This document shows, one piece after another, positions 28,462-42,830 of a stretch of 64,000 nucleotides of DNA. The notes beneath the pieces were generated by a model. The model was not told the origin of the DNA. It did no database searches and saw only the letters and a list, made by a program, of their open reading frames with translations. The stretch is from positions 56,792,001-56,856,000 of the forward strand of contig NC_043008.1 in assembly GCF_006345805.1 (NCBI RefSeq). Reading direction: 5' to 3'. Numbering within the stretch: the first letter of the stretch is position 1; the number at the start of each line of letters is the position of its first letter. The stretch comes from Octopus sinensis. Its lineage: Eukaryota. The translations under genes were made by a program, and so were the position numbers.

Positions 28462-29222
28462 TTTGTTTTGTTACATTTGACAACCAAAATTAACACAGAA
28501 AGTATTTTTCACGTGTAGTAGTGATACAAGTGATATTTTCTTCAATTGCTGTATATTAGAATCGAACCCGCGACTCCGTATTCTTTGATGTGAATCTTTA
28601 CAGCTAGTACCGTCCTATAAGAAATATATCTAATCATAAAAGCAAAACCACATGCTGTGGTTCTTCCCCAGAAACACAAACGAAATACACACTCGTAAAC
28701 ATAATACGATTCGTAGGTTCGCAAACTGTGCTTATGTATATATTACTCTCCAGGATGTATTTCTTTAGTTTAGACGTCTGGTAATTAGATGGTACATCAT
28801 TGTTACCCACAGCACATCAGCTTCGTTAGATTGTACGAATATTTCCATTCCGACGGTATAGTAACGATAACAAATAGTGTTTTGGGGGAAAACATTTCTA
28901 CTGCCCACGCACCACACATACCTACTTGTATACATACACAATATAAATATGTGTGTATTTATATACGCATTAAACATGCAAGTATGATGTATGCGTTAGT
29001 ACACTCCCCTATGGATAAATACATGCAGAGATAAATATTTCATATTACTATATAATTATATGCATGTATATACATACATATATATATATATATATATATT
29101 CCTACATATATGTATACGTTATATTATATACAAGTTATATACACGTTATATATTTTAATTGTATGTATATATACATATATACATATAAACATATTCAAAA
29201 TGTTTATATATATATATTATAT

Positions 29223-29272
<50 letters not shown>

Positions 29273-30214
29273 TCCTACATATATGTATACGTTATATTAT
29301 ATACAAGTTATATACACGTTATATATTTTAATTGTATGTATATATACATATATACATATAAACATATTCAAAATGTTTATATATATATATATATATGCAT
29401 ATTTGTTTCGATATATGTATTGTTACTTCCATATATATATATTTGCTGATGTATATCTATTTATATATGTATATAAATATCCATTCGCACGCTTACATAT
29501 ATTCACGTACACAAGCACATACGTGGGTTAGATTAATCTGACTATATTCATATATCTGTGTGTGCATATATATATATTTTTAGAAGACAGTATGAGTGAG
29601 ATATATAAAAAAAAGAATCGTTTAGAAATAACTTAATCGGATTTTTCAGTAGAGATAATTTTTCTTCTCATATATCATAACGGCAGACCATTATCTTCTA
29701 AATACCACAGAAGAAGAGGCTGCACTTCAAAGAAATTAAATTCTCGAAGTCACTTTACAATATTCCTTCATATAGAATTTGTTAATATTCTTTCTTCTTC
29801 CTTCATAATACAATAAACATATCTTTTAGTGTATGTATGCACATATGTGTGTGTATATTTTTGTATCTCTCTTTATGTACATACAGCAAATTAATTTTGA
29901 TCTCTAAATAAACAAGTACCCTTCGTTTTCCATTGTTGTTGCATTCTTTTTATCTAAATATAATTGCTATATTTTAATGTTCACTAGTAGCCATTATAAA
30001 TGATAATGGACTACGAAAGCGTTTCTGTCAAGAAGTATAGATTTTGAAACTTATTAAGAATTATTAGCAAAAAAAAACAAAAAAAAACTTCATGTTATCT
30101 TTTCGAATTATTTTCGCCATATTAAGTTCTATGATGATCTCTTCAATGCAGCCGATACCGAAACTGCTTATTCAAGAAATTCTCAATAAAATTCTTCAGC
30201 GCTAAATTTCGAAT

Positions 30215-30835
30215 AAGCATTAGATCATCCCATAAGTTCTGTCCGATTTTACCTTTTTTTTTAATTTAATGAAATTTATTAGTATTTTAGAATGTCTAAT
30301 GGAATTAAGAATTATTTTTATGCATTTGTGTACATTTAAACTAATTAAATATTATTTTACAGAATAATAGGATTAAAATTTCCTTGACTAAAACCCTTTC
30401 TAACATGGAAGTATCCAAAGAGTATTTGAGGTAAATAATGCTTTATGGGTACAAAAAAGGAAACTCTGCAGCCGAAGCGACTCGAAACATACACGCAGTT
30501 TATGGGAAACAATGCTTGGATGAAAGAACTTGCAGTAGATGATTTGCAAAATTTAGAAGTGGAGATTTCAGCCTTGAGATGGAACTTTGAACAGGATATC
30601 CAGTTGAGTTTGATGATAAGCTCCTTGAGGTATTACTTGAAGAAAATCCTGCATTATCAGTTGAAGAATTGGCAAAAAAGCTTAGTTCTAACCATACAAC
30701 TGTTCATCGTCAACTTCAACAACTTGGAAAGTTTCCTAAACTTGGAAAATGGGTGCCTCATGAATTGTCCGAAAACAACCTCAAATCTCGACCACAAACG
30801 ACCACTGCTTTTTAATTTCAGCGTTCCTCTATTGA
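30215..30835 (+). mobile_element. Mariner 5' fragment (N-terminal HTH domain)
   Basis: MEVSKEYLR*IMLYGYKKGNSAAEATRNIHAVYG...RFRSGDFSLE, a frameshift, then ...EENPALSVEELAKKL...LGKWVPHELS (WVPHEL motif). Confidence 0.85.
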
Positions 30836-31239
30836 CTTGAACCTCTTATGTCAAATCTCTCCCTATCGTCCATTACACTCTTGTCCCCTCTATCACTTTG
30901 GTGTAAAGCAGAACTAAAGAAATCAATCAATGAACCAAACAACAGACATTGGCATCAACTGTTATTACATGGCTGTGATATTAACTCACAAACAGCGTCA
31001 CTGATATTCCTATTTACCATGAGGAGTTGTATCATATTTCATGTAACCGTGTTTCCTTATTTATCCTCTATGATGAATATGAATTGTTCTTGCAATGAAA
31101 TACATAAAAGTGACATACGCGCCACACGACCATGTAACGCTGTCACATTCAGATGAAAGATACCCTTGAGGTTTTACACAATAAACTCCTCAATACCATA
31201 CATAGATGCACACACACAAGCATACACACATATACATAA

Positions 31240-31247
31240 TATGCATG

Positions 31248-31326
<79 letters not shown>

Positions 31327-31583
31327 TATATGAATGTATACATATATATGTATATGTATTTCTATATATATGTTTATATATGTATATATGCATATATATA
31401 TATATATAATATAATATATATATATATATATATATACATATATATATGAATGTATACATATATATGTATATGTATTTCTATATATATGTATATATATGTA
31501 TATATGCATATATATATATATATGTGTATATATATACATATATATGTATATATATATATATAAATATATGTATGTATGTATAC

Positions 31584-31667
<84 letters not shown>

Positions 31668-31675
31668 TATATACA
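31240..31675. repeat. Compound (TA)n microsatellite with an internal duplication of about 117 nt
   Basis: Direct. Confidence 0.9.
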
Positions 31676-32079
31676 GAGGGGGTAGTGAGAATGACAAATG
31701 CCAGAATGTGAAATACCATACCACAAAAAATTCTTGACTTATTAAAATATTACCTCCATCTCTACAGGTTTTAACATAATTACCAAATGACAACTCTGAC
31801 GTGCTCCACATGCGAAAGTGAGATCATCTCTCAACTGAAGGATTTTCCAAACCTGACATAGCATTTACGAAATGGATAGAAGTACACACTGGTTTCTTAT
31901 CTCAGTATAATAAGCCTGTCCTTTATTCCTTAATGTCACGTCAGTTATGAAGAAATCTTGCGCTTTGATATTATCCCTCTTTCTCAACATGCATACAGAA
32001 AAAATATGTTGAAATCATTTGTTATTTATTCTCATGTTTCAATAAAGTATTTTATCTTTTAACTTTTATATTTTCTTCG

Positions 32080-32432
32080 TTTCAGTCATGAGAGAGCGGC
32101 CATGGTGGGTCACCGTATTAAAGAATTTTTAATTGACTGAAATAACACCGCTGCTTTTTTTTTTAAACCTGGTACTTATCCAGTCGGTTTGTTTTGCCGA
32201 ACCAGTGAATTACAGGGATATAAACACACGGATAACAGTTGTCAAGCGATGGTGGGAGACAAGCAATAAAACAAAGACGCGCGCTTCTTTCAATTTCCAT
32301 CTACCAAATCCACTCACAAGGCTTTGGTCAGCTCGAAGATATAGTGGAAAACACTTGCACAAGGTGCCACGCTGTGGGACTGAACCCGAAACCATGTGTT
32401 TGGGAATCAAGCTCCTTACCACACACCAGACT
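32080..32432 (-). mobile_element. SINE family B (older copy)
   Basis: gtttcagtcatgag...ggtgccacgctgtgggactgaacccg...accacacacc. Confidence 0.75.
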
Positions 32433-32649
32433 CCTGCGGCTATATATCTTTTATCTTTAATTTTTTTCAGTCGATAGAGTACCTATGTCTGATTAAAAGA
32501 AATAATATTTGTTCTATAAATTAATGTTATTTATTGCAAAATTTTTTAATTGATGTGAAAATGTTGAAATGTCTTGGCATCATTAAGGATTATTATTCAG
32601 TTTAATCATGTGGAGTTTCATATAAATTCCAGTACATTACCATGCACGT

Positions 32650-32664
32650 ACATACATAAATACA

Positions 32665-32698
<34 letters not shown>

Positions 32699-33030
32699 CA
32701 TACATACATACATACATACATACATACACACACGCATACATACATACATACATACATGCATACATGCATACATACATACATACATACATACATGCATGCA
32801 TACATACATGCATACATACATACATACATACACACATACATACATACATACATGCATACATGCATACATACATACATACATACATACATACATGCATACA
32901 TGCATACATACATACATACATACATACATACATACATACATACATGCATACATACATACATATATGTACACGCTCACATGTACACATACACACAAACACG
33001 CACCCACACACACACACATATATATATACA
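32650..33030. repeat. (CATA)n/(CATG) compound microsatellite
   Basis: Direct. Confidence 0.95.
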
Positions 33031-33129
33031 TTTAGATATCGGATAAATCGAAGTTACAAATTACAGAGTTGCAGACTGTGTTATATAAGATGACTGTGCT
33101 AAATCTTACGTAACAATAAGAAATATCAG

Positions 33130-34300
33130 TCCCTTTCGGGAAACCATGGAAGCAATAATCATGTTCATAATGGTGCACATTCATATGCACACCGATGAAT
33201 AAGGAAGCCAATATACTTTAATAAATCGTAATAGCAGTCTCCTGTTGATAATATCTCTGAAAATGTTAGACACTTCTTGATTTATCAGAGATTTATTTCT
33301 CCATTCTAAACAGGAGGAGAGTGAAGAATCTCTCATTGGCTCTCTTCTCTATATGATACCAGCAATTTATATTTAACTAATCGGAGCTTGAGAAAGAAGT
33401 GGCTCAATGTTGGTTATTTTCCTTGATGCAATTGACTGTATTTTACTAATCACTTATATATTTCAGTGACTATGAAGCGTGAAATGCCTTAATTTCATTC
33501 GAAGTCTGTCATCCTCTTTTTTCAGATCCATAGAACAGAGAACATTAAGATCTACCACTTTTGCAAGGCCTCCAATTACCTTCTATTTTAATGTTCAGCG
33601 TGTTTATAATTCCTCCGAATACTATTCATGTTGACATAGTGTTGCAAATATAGAGGCTTATATGTAGCCTCTTGCCGTTTATATCAATTTGTACGGATCA
33701 GCAATTTCATCCAGAACCACAATATCTACATTTTGCTCTGATTAAATTATAGTTTCATATATTAACTTAAATTCTTCTTCAATGCCCAGTCAATTACTTC
33801 GTTTCAGCACATCATCAGCGACTTCACATGCAGCGACTTAATCAAGGTTTTACTGTTTGTGCTGTAGATACCCTCAAGGGTATTTCTGTTGTATTTCTGT
33901 TGTAATTCAAAGGCAAGGAATGAAGTTAAATTCGATGCTACGTAACAGTATTTCCACTTATCTTAATCAGAAATTTTACGAGGGACGTCCAAATATTTAA
34001 GATTCCAAGTCTGACTTCTCAGGAGTCCCATCTGTGTTAAAATAAGTTTTTGAAGTTATTAAGCATGAAGCCCTATGCGATGTTGTTTCTTAGACATTGA
34101 AATAAAGTCTATAACCATCGTAGTGGATTTAAGATTTAGGCAAAATATCAATGTTCATAGCAGTAAACATACAAGTCTTTTGCAGTGTGACGGGACCCAT
34201 CGTTTGATCCATAGATATTAGTAGTTCACTCATAGCGCTGATCCCCAAGTAGTTTTATACTTATATCTAAGGGATTATTTCAAAAACAAGAAATAATATT
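33130..34300 (-). mobile_element. Heavily decayed LINE RT-region remnant
   Basis: gaagtcgctgatgatgtgctg (EVADDVL, YADD-like) and a degraded upstream motif, with many stops. Confidence 0.3.
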
Positions 34301-34304
34301 TTTT

Positions 34305-34507
34305 GTTTCTTTATTACCCAGAAGGGGCTAAACATAGAGGGGACAAACAAGGACCGACAAACGGATTAAGTCGATTACATCGACCCCAGTACGTAACTGG
34401 TACTTAATTTATCGACCCCGAAAGGATGAAAGGCAAAGTCGACCTCGTCGGTATTTGAACTCAGAACCTAACGGCAGACGAAATACTGCTAAGGATTTCG
34501 CCCGGCG
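34305..34507 (-). mobile_element. SINE family A
   Basis: Near-consensus body. Confidence 0.85.
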
Positions 34508-34639
34508 GAGGAGTCGTTATCTTTAGTTCTTTACCATTTTCTCGACTCTACATCATATACTTCAAAGAAAAGCTTTTTAATTTCATTACTAAACAAATAC
34601 CTTCCACAATCCCGTTCAGTGTAGAGAACTGCAGTAGAT

Positions 34640-34880
34640 TCAATTACAAGAAATAAATGTATTATTGTTCCCCGCATCCATCCATTTTCGCCACTCTTCT
34701 GGGATTATCATTGGACAGAGTCTTCAGGCACTTCCTCTATACAGTCCTATCAGAAACAACCATCACCAGATCTTCCGGTTGGATTCCCAAGTGACCAACT
34801 TAGACCGTGGGTATCATCCAACCATCTCGCTCTTCGTCTTCCCCAAGATGTTCTACTTGAAGAATCTGTCATATGATTAT
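34640..34880 (-). mobile_element. LINE 3'-end fragment (second copy at about 36585-36680, plus)
   Basis: Shared gaggaagt.c.tgaag.actct.tcc...gatcccagaagagtgg.gaaaatggatggatg. Contains WGRRRARWLD-like C-terminal coding. Confidence 0.45.
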
Positions 34881-36729
34881 CTGCTGTTGATTTAATTTAA
34901 TAATTACTTCCTTACATAAGTGACAACAGATTTGATAATATCATTTCGAATATTGTTTGAGAACGTTGACATTTGTGATTTCATTATAGATGAGATACAT
35001 TGCATCACTGCATCTAGATACTTTCCGATGACACTCTCACATTTGACAGAGAGCTGGACCAGTTGAAGGAACTTTCTTCTATTTAAATTTATCTGATATA
35101 TTCTTTTAATGGAGAAGGAAAATGAGGATAAAATATATAAATGATAAACACAAGAAATCAAGATTTCATGTTAATTAACAAAAATATCAATCAATGTCAG
35201 GCCATTGTTACAAACACAGCTATACTTCAACGTTCGATTTTTTTTTTATTTTCCAAGAACTTCATACATATATTATACGCATTACATTTAATGGCGTTTT
35301 TTTGCGCTATTTGTCAGATATTCAGAGATTTTCTCACCAGATTCCCAACATTTTGACGTCTTGATTACGTACATTTTGTAAAAATTTAACATGTATTTGT
35401 TATCGCACTGATATTTATTTATTTCCATTGATTTTATATTTTATATATTTCTTTTTTTTCTTTGCTTTTTTATTTTGTCTTTTGCGGTGTTGGCACGTAT
35501 ATATCATTATGAGAATAATAAATCTATCCAAAGCATAATACAAAACATGTTTCAGAAATTGCCGGTATTGTTTTCCTTCCGAAAATGTCTTCGAAGCCAA
35601 ATTGTAATGGACCTTACGTATCTTGTGCGGAAATAATATTCGGTAACATGACACATGCAACCAAATACGTTGAAGTGTGAGGCATGTATTCAACAGAATA
35701 CAAAGTGCACGTCATAATTCAGGAAGAGTTCCATTATTTTGTAATAAATAACCTAAATAATTTAGATCAAATTTCATTCAGAAATGCATTGCATTAAATA
35801 ATCAAATGTAAAGGTTTCTGTTGTTTTATATAATATATATTGACTATCAAAAATATTACTTGTAATTTGGTGATAACATCAACTGGAACATATACGTTTA
35901 GGAAAAGGCGGAAAAGTAGATGAAAACTAAATGCCTGTAAAGAGAAGTGTATTCAAATGTCGAATTCAATTTTCATTCTATAAATATCTAGTGGAACCCG
36001 TGGAAATTCTACAGAAAGAAAGAGATTAAGAGAAGTTATTTAAGGAAGAGAGAATGATTTGCATTTTTATTTTTATTTTGCTGAGTTATTTCACTTTCAG
36101 TCACAATAATATATTGTATGATTTTCAAATTTCCCTTAAGTAAGCACTTTATATTTCTCTCTTTCTTTTCTCCTCTCACTTCCACTAACCACATGAATGA
36201 CAGCATAATGCATCGACTGGCTATCTGCTCTCTCACATTATCTCTTCCTCTTTCTCACTCAACCTCCTCCTTTCCTCTAATAAATAAACAAGTAACGTTT
36301 GAACGAACAGGTAGAATAATAGTATTCTAGATTTATTTCAATAAAAAAATACTTTTCACTGTCGAAACACCACCACCATAATCACCATGACTCTTGTTTT
36401 CAGTAACAAACCATTCATTTCAGTTCAGTTCAGCTGTTTGTTTATATCTACTTTTTCCAGCTGTCGATATATCTCTACTCCGGGTTTACAAGTGCCAGCT
36501 CTCTCTCTCTCTGTCTTAATATGACTGCCTCCTCTGCACAACTCTCTTTATTTGCCAACCGGTAAGTCTAATAACGGTTGCTTCTGACTGGACAGTGTAG
36601 AGGAAGTCCTTGAGTACTGTATCCCACAACGATCCCAGAAGAGTGGTGAAAATGGATGGATGTAGAGAACACTACATTCATTTCATGTAATCTTCTGCAG
36701 TCCTCCAGAACACCACTTCCTGTAAAATA

Positions 36730-37131
36730 TTCTTCTCTACACTAGGTACAAGCCCCGAAATTTTTGTGGGAGGGGGGGCAGTCGATTAAATCGATATCAG
36801 GACGTAACTGGTACTTAAATTATCGACCTCAATAGGATGAAAGATAAAGTCGATCTCGGCGGAATATGAACTCAGAACGTAACGGCAGACGAAATACCTA
36901 TTTCTTTATTACCCACAAGGGGCTACACACAGAGGGGACAAACAAGGACAGACATAGGTATTAAGTCGATTACATCGACCCCAGTGCGTAACTGGTACTT
37001 TATTTATCGACCCCGAGAGGATGAAAGGCAAAGTCGACCCCGGCGGAAATTGAACTCAGAACGTAACGACAGACGAAATACCGCTAAGTATTTCGTCCGG
37101 CGCGCTAACGTTTCTGCCAGCTCGCCGCCTT
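36730..37131 (-). mobile_element. SINE family A dimer (head+long body / headless short body)
   Basis: Junction aaagaaataggt|atttcgtctgccgttacg, the same as at 3215-3818. Confidence 0.85.
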
Positions 37132-37904
37132 ACACACTCTTAAATATTGTATCCTAAACATATTTCTTTCTCTTTACATTTCCTTCCCCTCTCCACAGTA
37201 CGTCGTTAGCATTTCTCTCTACCTCTTTTCTCTCTCCCGCTTTTTTCTCACAGTCTGTTTCTCTCACCCTTCGCCTCTCCTTTCAACTAACCATGTGATG
37301 CATTTTGCCTTATTATACATCTGCCTCTACTTCTTCCTCAGTTCTTTCTTCTCTACTGACACTTCACCCCTTTCTCTCCTACACTTTTACTCCACCTCTT
37401 ACTCACTCTCCCTCCATCTCTATAACGGCTAACGAACACAGATTATTATATAACTTTTGAATGTAAACAAATTGCGACTGAGACACACTGACATTCCTTC
37501 TTCGCCATCCTTCTAGTATGTGTGTGTTTGTGTGTGTGTGTATGTGTGTTTGTATGTGTGTGTGCCATGCGTTTGTGTGCGTGCGTGTGTGCGTGTTTTG
37601 GCTTGGTATTTCGTTCCAAGTATTTCAGGTTATCTAACCATTGAAATCGATAAAGAAAACAGAGATCACATAGTAAGTCCCTGGTGGCAGGAATCCTGCA
37701 AATAAAACGATGTTTCAAGAGAAACATTGGTACATATGATGTACAGTATACTAAGAAGAATACAACCAATGAATATTTTGAGGTCATTACTACACGTGTT
37801 TCCATCACGTATGTATTCGCAACACGAGTACAACTTGATATGTAACACTATTCAACGTGCGCAAGTTCGTATCTTCATAAAGTCAATGTTTACCCTTGAA
37901 ATTT

Positions 37905-38025
37905 AAAGCCTTTTTCCTTTCATCCTTTCTGGGTCGATAGAATAAGTACCAGTTATGTTTAGGTGTCGATGTAATCGACTATCCGTCCCATCTCTCCCAA
38001 ATTTAGAGCCTAGTAGCTGTAGTAG
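37905..38025 (+). mobile_element. Decayed SINE family A fragment
   Basis: gccttttcctttcatcctttctgggtcgatagaataagtaccagtt...gagcctagtagc. Confidence 0.65.
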
Positions 38026-38029
38026 AAAT

Positions 38030-38030
38030 G

Positions 38031-38072
<42 letters not shown>

Positions 38073-38215
38073 ATCATCATCATTATCATCAACGTCGTCG
38101 TCATCATCATTATCATTATCATTATTATCATTATTAATTTTATTATCATTATTATTATTATTGTTATTACTGTTATTATTGTGGCTTTTATTATTATTAT
38201 TATTATTTTTATTAT
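38030..38215. repeat. (ATT)n/(ATC)n trinucleotide compound repeat
   Basis: Direct. Confidence 0.95.
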
Positions 38216-38519
38216 ATAAAGTCTTGTTTGTTTTTATGATTATTATTTCATATATTCCTGCTTTCGTCATAGGATATAATGCATATATGAATTTGGAAAA
38301 TAAAATTTCACCGTCCTTCATAGGTTTTCACACATATCCGAGCCTAGTTAAATATCATTTTGAATGGTGTATCCAACAATTGTTGAATATAGCGATTTTT
38401 CAGTTTGAGTGATATCAGCATTTGTAGAGGATCATTTAAGTAATATTACACAAACTTTCGACCAACCATCCCCTTCTGGGCACTGTACTGGGCTCCGGAA
38501 GTGATTGTGTGTCCTCAAT

Positions 38520-38870
38520 ACTTCGACAGCATAGCAATTATTAATGAGACGTCTAATAAACCTTAGTTTCGGCGTTCAAAATGTCAGCTAGTTTGATTGG
38601 AGTTAACTGTGTCCCATGAGGAGAGGATGTAGGGGCGCAAGAGAAGAGACCTATGAAGCCGGAGTTACTGGAAAGCTGCTGCACGATTGGGTGAACTAAA
38701 TGTTTGCCAGTGAAGGTTGACAGTTGAGTGTCCACAAGTCATGTCCTCAGTAAAGCCTATTGGGCCTAGGGCGTTACACGAATAAGGACAAGAAGAGCCG
38801 TCACGAATATTATAGACGCTGTTGAGAAAGCATTTGGATGACTCTGGTTGAAGAAGATGGAAGTAGAGCC
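38520..38870 (+). mobile_element. R2/Hero-like RLE-type LINE, endonuclease-region remnant
   Basis: KCQLV*LELTVSHEERM, then G*TKCLPVKVDS...VLSKAYWA*GVT..RRAVTNIIDAVEKAFG*LWLKK. This resembles the Hero C-terminus as I recall it (LLELTVPWEDRM...CEPVEVGCRG...AEKASRWLWL). Confidence 0.6.
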
Positions 38871-39889
38871 GAGATGTATGACACTTGGACATAAATTTAA
38901 GTTTAATCAATGTAGATCGAATCGCTTGGTTGAAGGTCTATGTTGTAAGAGCGAAACCTAGTTACCCTTGGATAAAACACCGTTGTTTTCTCAAAGTATT
39001 GCGAGAATCATACCCTGCTTGTACTGAAAATTCCTGGCTTTGGATAAAAGAAACTACAAGAGGATCAGTTAATTATGATTTTATTCAACATATCCCCCTC
39101 TCAGGTTCACACACTTATTGTAGTGATCCTTCGGTTTTTCTAAGCCCTACGAAAGAAGTTAGAAGTTTTGGCCTCCAAGCAAGCCTTTCATGATATCTTA
39201 AAGCCGTGAACTTTTTAGCGCCCCTTCATACGTAAAAATGCATCTTTTTTATGTGGGTGAGATTAGCAAGTAGAAAATGTAACTAAATGAATGTATGTTA
39301 ATTACTAGTAAAGACTACATTTCGTTTATAATTCAAGCGCAATTCAGACTAACTTTCAGAAGTTATAGCAAGAAAGTTCTGATTTGAAATGTTAATGAAT
39401 TTAAAGCAAAAGCTGAATTTGGGATCAAACTAGAAATTCAGAATCACCTTGCCAAGGATATTGCATCGCTGTAGGAAGATACGCTGAATGATAATGAATA
39501 CAAGAAAATAATTTCTTCTTAAGACGAATAGCTTTATAACCTCGGAAGCCGAGCGATGTTTGGAACGGTCAGTAGTCGGTGGTTTTAATATGACTTACGG
39601 GATGCTGTCACTTCAAGTCTACCTTTACATTTAATCTCTGCCAAGATTAACATTGTCTTTTGTTGTTAGAATCAATAAAATAAAGAACCTCTCTTTTTCA
39701 AGGATATATTAAATGGAATTTAATAGAAGTCCTTGGACTCGCTAGATTTAGCACACAATCATCTGCTACATCATAAATTACTGTCTTACTGAAATAAAAT
39801 TGCGATAGCTATGGAGGGAATATCTTTCAGCGAAAATTCATTGGATCAAGAGTGAACATTGTAAGCATGGAAATGTTACTCTTCCTCTT

Positions 39890-40093
39890 TACTCTTTTAC
39901 TTGTTTCAGTCATTTGACTGCGGCCATGCTGGAGCACCGCCTTTAGTCGAGCAAATCGACCCCGGGACTTATTCTTTTGTAAGCCCAGTACTTATTTTAT
40001 CGGTCTCTTTTTGCCGAACCGCTAAGTGACGGGGACGTAAACACACCACATCGGTTGTCAAGCAATGCTAGGGGGACAAACACAAACACACAA

Positions 40094-40148
<55 letters not shown>

Positions 40149-40310
40149 TACGACGGGCTTCTTTCAGTTTCCGTCTACCAAATCCACTCACAAAGCATTC
40201 ATTGGTCGGCCCGGAGCTATAGCAGAAGACACTTGCCCAAGATGCCACGCAGTGGGACTGAACCCGGAACCATGTGGCTGGTTAGCAAGCTACTTACCAC
40301 ACCTGCGCCT
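39890..40310 (-). mobile_element. SINE family B, near full length
   Basis: The reverse complement starts aggcgcagg-tgtggtaagtagcttgct...ggttcagtccc (B box) and ends gactgaaacaagtaaaagagtaaagag. Confidence 0.85.
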
Positions 40311-40416
40311 AACATGGCTCCTAGATCACGATATTTACTCCGTAACTACACTGTTTTGAGTTTAATCTCACTGCGCATCAACTTGAACAAGTGTCATTTC
40401 TTTATTTTCCCTGGCC

Positions 40417-40586
40417 TATATCCAACTGCAGTACCAACGAATTCAAAATATACGTATGAGGCTTCGTATTCTCCTTCACCTACCCACGTGTGTTGTCGAG
40501 TAACAAATTCCTACAGTTGGTGGGTGAAGGAGAATAAGAAGCGTCATTCGTACGTTTTGAATTCGTTGGTACTGGAGTTGGATATA
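40417..40586. mobile_element. 170-bp fold-back MITE-like hairpin
   Basis: The 68-nt arms (40417-40484 and 40519-40586) differ at 7 of 68 positions by manual alignment. The loop is 34 nt and both ends are TATA. Confidence 0.75.
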
Positions 40587-40945
40587 GTTTGTCTGATGTT
40601 ACTTGAATCAGATAGGTATGTTCAATTTTTTCGGTGCTCTCTAATTTATAATCTTGAAATCTTTGTGATGATGAAGAGAATGGTAGAATGAAGATGTAAT
40701 TCTAGCATCTCCATATCTATCTATCTCAGAAACGCGTCCACAAGTAATCAAATGCCGAGTGAATTTTCGTTATCGTTTCCTCTATGCCTACGTGAATTGT
40801 TTTCGGGTATACGTTGTCTGGGAGATTCTTCTTATAGTAGAAGAAATAGCTAAGTTCTTTGGCTGTTATTTCTAAAAGTTCGGTATGTGGCAAAGCAAAT
40901 TTTTTTGCTGAACTCTAATTATAATGATACTCATATTTAATACTG

Positions 40946-40992
<47 letters not shown>

Positions 40993-41029
40993 AACAAGAG
41001 TTAAAAATGATAGTCATTACATCTCTTTA

Positions 41030-41146
<117 letters not shown>

Positions 41147-42032
41147 AAATGTATATGAATGTATACACGCACACATGTATGTTTGTGTATGTATATGTAT
41201 GTATACACGCAACAGAGACAAAGAGAATTTCATCTTTTACCTAAACTCGTATTTTCATACGTCTTAAGCGAGGAAGATTTTGCGTATATTTTACGCATGC
41301 AATTACCTTTTGTTCCCAATTCTATTAACTTTTTGTCACAGCATACAACATCACACGCTGCACTTTGATAGAATATAATGTTTTCTCTTCATCCACCTTC
41401 ACAGTAGCCATCCAATATTTTCACTCGTTCAGCTAATTGTTATGTTAACGTTACGTCTTTCCTCTTAACAATATACGGCTTTATACGTAGTATGTTATTG
41501 CACAAGTGATGATAGTATATTATAAACACTGTACAGTAAAAACATATTTATTTATGGTTATCCATTTTAAATATTGAATCTTATCTCGTTTTCTCATCAC
41601 GCATAGCCCCCAACCCACATCGTTTTAGTGGCTTTTTGCTATCGATTTATATATCTCCCTAAACTTCTACTTTCGTTTCACGATTCGGTGTTTATAAATA
41701 CATCACTTCTTGAGATGTTTATCTTCCCACATCTTCTCATCATTTACATTCAACCAGTCAGTACCATCATGTATGAGTGCACAAACACGTGCGCGTTTAC
41801 CCTCACTCACACACACACGCGTGCACATACGCACAGACGAATACACACACGAGCTCGTCTTACGCCATCGATATTCATATGAATGCCAAGGCTGAGAGTT
41901 TATATGTAACGATATACCATTAGTAGAGATGTTTTGACAGGGTAGATTGACCTATCAAAAGAAAGCAGCCGCCATATTAATTCCATCTAATCACAAAACA
42001 GATGGGAGGAGTTACATTTATATATATATATA

Positions 42033-42830
42033 TATTGGGTTCACAAAAATGTAATTTCGGTTTTTAAGTGTGAAATAAAAGTCTTTTTTTGTTTTCATAC
42101 AAAGAATGAACTTTAAGCACTGATACGTTTTCCATTTTGCTCCAAGACCTTTTGCCATGTTTTTACTAACTTCGTGATTCTGCGCTCGTAGTATTTCTGG
42201 TCCTTATCACCCAAAAACTGAAACAAATGCGGTTTCAAGTTATTGTCTTTATTAAAAGTTTACACCATTCAGAGAGTTTTGCAAACTTCGAAATAAATGG
42301 TAATCTGACGGTACAAGTTCAGGGCTATATGGTGGATGTGGCAACACTTCCTAATCAAGCTCCAATATTTTTTCAAGAATAAGCAAAACTTGTGGGGGCC
42401 TAGCGTTGTCATGGTGGAACACGATTTAAGATTTGCCAACTCTAGCCGTCTATCTTTGATTGCTTCCTCTAGTTTCATTAGTTGTTGACAGTAAACATCT
42501 GAAATGATCGAAGCAGCTTAAAATATGTAATGTCTTTGTAATCCCACGAATTTAACAACATGGATTTTTTTAATGCAAATATACAACAGATTATTCATCC
42601 CTCCAAATTGACAGCATAACCTTTTTGGACGCAATTCAGCTTTCAATGTGATTTGTGCTGGTTCTTTTACGCTTGGACCATGATGGTTTTTGATTGGTGC
42701 TTTTGTAGACAATCCATTTTTCATCACCAGTAATGGTTCGTTTCAAAACAAGTTCGATTTCATTGCAAGACACAGGTCCTGCTTAATATATTCCCGTCAT
42801 CGTTCAATTACTGGTTGCGCTGTTCAGTAA
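42033..42830 (-). mobile_element. Mariner (DD34D) 3' half, decayed, inserted in (TA)n
   Basis: EVLPHPPYSPELVPSDYHLFRSLQNSLNG. TIR tattgggttcacaaaaatgtaatttcggtttt at 42033. Confidence 0.85.

Noticed and set aside
37630-37680. Possible plus-strand micro-exon (tttcag|GTTATC...CACATA|gtaagt; YLTIEIDKENRDHI)
   Set aside because: There is no supporting partner exon or homology, and such splice-site pairs arise by chance.
39598-39790. Minus-strand acceptor/donor pair resembling an exon
   Set aside because: There are stops in all three frames.
40065-40691. 208-aa ORF
   Set aside because: It runs across SINE B, a microsatellite and the fold-back MITE, and has no recognisable domain.
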